Virus record (IMG/VR): IMGVR_UViG_3300034126_000032
Location: 1-55,128 of that record
Reading direction: 5' to 3' (one strand)
DNA length: 55,128 nucleotides
Source: a virus
Lineage: Duplodnaviria > Caudoviricetes
Position 1 is the stretch's first letter; the number at the start of each line of letters is the position of its first letter. This document shows positions 52,719-55,128 of this stretch, one piece after another. The position numbers were made by a program, and so were the translations under genes. The notes beneath the pieces were generated by a model. It worked only from the letters and a program-made list of their open reading frames with translations, searched no databases and was not told where the DNA came from.

Positions 52719-53810
52719 GTGGCCCTAACACCAGGAACGGTTGTCCCCGCCCCGGTGCAAATCCGGCAACGGTACGGCCTGTTCACCGCCGCCCGCCCCC
52801 TGGATTTGCCTGTACGCGGCCAAGGCGGCGGCATCCGGTTTGTTCCCGTGTGCGGTGAGTCGTACGCGTACGGGGTGATGTGCTACGAACCAGGGGAACA
52901 CCCGATCAAACCCCTCGACTCCGATGCCGCTGAGGTTCAGTCCGGGGTGTTCGCCGTATTCGCCACCCTCAACTGCGGGGCCGTCGGCTACACCGCCACC
53001 GAATACCGGGCCAAGGTCCGCAACATCCTCGAAGGATCGGAGCAGGCCGCAGTTGAGGCAGCCCTGTTCTCCGGCCTCGACTTCCAAGGCACCACCCTCA
53101 ACACCCTGTCACTCAACACCGAGGCTGTTGACATCCCCACCGACTACGACCCCGGATCCATTGCCGACGTCATCGGCGCCCTGGAACGGTACGCATACGG
53201 CACCCACCAGTACACAGGTGTCGCATACATTCACGCACCCGTAGAAGTGGCCGCTGCCGCCGCAGCCCAAGCCGGGCTGATCATCCAGGACGGCCCCCGC
53301 AAAACCACACCCCTCGGGTCGGTGTGGGTGTTCGGTAACTACCCGGCAGGCCAAATCGTCATCACCGGCCAAACCACCGTGTGGCGGGCCCCGGACATCC
53401 AAATCTACGACTCGTTCGACACGGTCACCAACGAAATGACCCTGGTAGCTGAAAGACCATACGCGGCCGCGTTCGAATGTTTCGCCGGCCGGGCGGACTT
53501 CGCCCTCCCCGACATCCCAGGCCCGACCGTGCCAGTCGAACTGACCGTGCTAACCGGGGCAGACCAGGTGGTCTCCGCCTACCCAGTCTTCTACCAAGGT
53601 TTCACCCTGGTAGAAACGTCCGGCACCGCCGGCGCCCTAGTCCGCATTTATGACAACGCATCAGCCCCATCGGGCACCATCTTGGGCCTGGTTTCTCTTT
53701 CCCCGTTCGGGTCGGACCGGGAGTACTACTACCCAGGCCTCATGGCCCAGCACGGCATCTACGTTGACGTGGTGTCCGGTGCCATTTCCGGAAGCGTGAG
53801 GACGGGCTGA
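52719..53810 (+). CDS. Capsid-associated (minor capsid/decoration) protein, copy 1
   Basis: RYGLF, EQAAVE, LVAER motifs; directly after MCP; GAGGAGG RBS. Confidence 0.65.
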   Translation: MALTPGTVVPAPVQIRQRYGLFTAARPLDLPVRGQGGGIRFVPVCGESYAYGVMCYEPGEHPIKPLDSDAAEVQSGVFAVFATLNCGAVGYTATEYRAKVRNILEGSEQAAVEAALFSGLDFQGTTLNTLSLNTEAVDIPTDYDPGSIADVIGALERYAYGTHQYTGVAYIHAPVEVAAAAAAQAGLIIQDGPRKTTPLGSVWVFGNYPAGQIVITGQTTVWRAPDIQIYDSFDTVTNEMTLVAERPYAAAFECFAGRADFALPDIPGPTVPVELTVLTGADQVVSAYPVFYQGFTLVETSGTAGALVRIYDNASAPSGTILGLVSLSPFGSDREYYYPGLMAQHGIYVDVVSGAISGSVRTG

Positions 53811-54916
53811 TGACAATCGTTCCCGGAACAATCGTCCCCGCCCCGGCGCAGATCCGCCACCGGTACGGGCTACTCGACGCAGCATCCGGACCACTAGACC
53901 TGCCCGCGCATGGTGAAGGCGGAGGTGTCCGGTTCGTCCCACAAACGTGCGGTGAGTCGTACGCGTACGGTGTTGCCTGCTACGGGCCTGGTGAAGCCCC
54001 GATCAAACCCCTCGACGGTGATGCCGCTGAGGTTCATACCGGTGTGTTCGCTGTCATCTCCACCCTGAACTGCGGGGCGCCTGGTTACACCGTGGGTGAG
54101 TACCGGGCCAAAGTCCGTAACATCCTCGAAGGTACCGAGCAGGCATCCGTTGAGCATGCGCTGTGGTCGGGCCTGGACTCCAGTAGCACCGCACTGGACA
54201 TCCTCAACCTGAACACCGAGGCCGTGGCGGTCCCGGCCGGCTACGACCCGGGATCCATCGCCGACGTTGTGGGAACCCTGGAACGGTATGCGTACGCCAC
54301 CCACCAATACGGGGGTGTGGCATACATTCACGCACCGGTTGAGGTGGCGGCGCTCGCCGCGGAGGAAGGCCTCGTCCACCAGGACGGCCCCCGCAAAGTC
54401 ACCCCACTCGGCAGCGTGTGGGTATTCGGTGACTACCCTGCGGGCGAGATCATCATCACCGGTCAGGTCACCATCTGGCGGGCCCCAGACATTTCGGTAT
54501 ACGACTCGTTCGACACGACCACTAACGAACGCCTACTCGTAGCAGAGCGGGCGTATGCGGTCGCGTTTGAATGTTTCGCAGGCCGGGCTAGTTACAGTCC
54601 GCCTGATATTCCACCAGCGGGAAGTGTCCCTGGTGAGACGGTTCCGGTCGCTATGACCGGATCAGACCAGGTGATCACTGCTACCGCCGGAGTTTTCTAC
54701 CAGGGATTCACCTTGGCTGAAACGTCCGGTACAGCCGGAGCGTTGGTGCGGATTTACGACAACGCGGCAGCCCCAGCCGGCACCCTGCTCGACATTGTGT
54801 CCCTGTGCATCTCCGAGTCAGCCCGCGAGTACTACTACCCGGGCATCCCAGTCCAGCACGGCATCTACCTAGACGTCGTATCCGGTGCTGTTAGTGGAAG
54901 TGTGAGGACAGCCTGA
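53810..54916 (+). CDS. Capsid-associated protein, tandem paralogue copy 2
   Basis: Full-length similarity to 52719-53810; TGATG coupling. Confidence 0.65.
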   Translation: MTIVPGTIVPAPAQIRHRYGLLDAASGPLDLPAHGEGGGVRFVPQTCGESYAYGVACYGPGEAPIKPLDGDAAEVHTGVFAVISTLNCGAPGYTVGEYRAKVRNILEGTEQASVEHALWSGLDSSSTALDILNLNTEAVAVPAGYDPGSIADVVGTLERYAYATHQYGGVAYIHAPVEVAALAAEEGLVHQDGPRKVTPLGSVWVFGDYPAGEIIITGQVTIWRAPDISVYDSFDTTTNERLLVAERAYAVAFECFAGRASYSPPDIPPAGSVPGETVPVAMTGSDQVITATAGVFYQGFTLAETSGTAGALVRIYDNAAAPAGTLLDIVSLCISESAREYYYPGIPVQHGIYLDVVSGAVSGSVRTA

Positions 54917-55128
54917 TGGGCAGCTCAGGATCCTGCGGTATCCCCGCCAGCATTGTCGACGCCAAAGGCGATCTGATTGCGGCTACCGGAGCTGACACCG
55001 TGGCCCGCCGATCCGTCGGTGCGGACACGCAGGTGTTGACCGCGGACTCCACGCAGGCCACGGGGGTGAAGTGGGCGGCCGCCGGCGTATCCGCGTCCTT
55101 GGTTGATGCTAAGGGTGACCTCATTACT
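54916..55128 (+). CDS. 5' part of fibre gene continuing at window start
   Basis: TGATG overlap; [20 protein letters not shown]... open to the window end. Confidence 0.8.
   Translation, partial: MGSSGSCGIPASIVDAKGDLIAATGADTVARRSVGADTQVLTADSTQATGVKWAAAGVSASLVDAKGDLIT
55044..55128. repeat. Terminal direct repeat, copy 2
   Basis: Identical to 1-85. Confidence 0.9.

Noticed and set aside
43672-54916. Diversity-generating retroelement or invertase switching to explain paralogues
   Set aside because: No reverse transcriptase or invertase seen; differences are not adenine-specific
1-55128. tRNA/tmRNA genes and attP
   Set aside because: No cloverleaf with T-loop consensus or att core recognised by eye

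Overview
The window is an apparently complete, circularly permuted genome of a high-GC siphovirus-like actinobacteriophage. WhiB, DUF397 and a sortase-type LPKTG protein point to a filamentous actinomycete host. The last 85 nt repeat the first 85 nt, inside a 147-bp tandem repeat of a fibre gene that spans the junction. Gene order: terminase small/large (Ala1, class-3-type LAGLIDADG intein), endolysin, portal, MuF, second tail-tube gene plus beta-helix spike, protease, sulfotransferase-like gene, C5-MTase/ncRNA cassette, second Rep-like gene with palindromic repeats, major capsid, two tandem capsid-associated paralogues, fibre, tail tube, SGNH protein, head-tail genes, tape measure, minor tail genes, glycosyl/methyltransferase cluster, morons, then a leftward early operon (Sak4-like ATPase, GIY-YIG, SNF2 helicase, N6/N4-MTase, Rep with iterons, XRE proteins, WhiB). 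I recognised no integrase, ParA, DNA polymerase, tRNA or CRISPR array. The most unusual items are: (i) two promoter-driven, multi-hairpin non-coding RNA candidates (5632-5890 with three hairpin+GCACC units; 49630-49806 minus); (ii) two Rep-like modules preceded by homologous leader-peptide/RBS-hairpin elements; (iii) duplicated structural genes, including a tail-tube paralogue with an LYP-repeat tail next to a spike gene. All family calls come from motifs read by eye, not from database searches.
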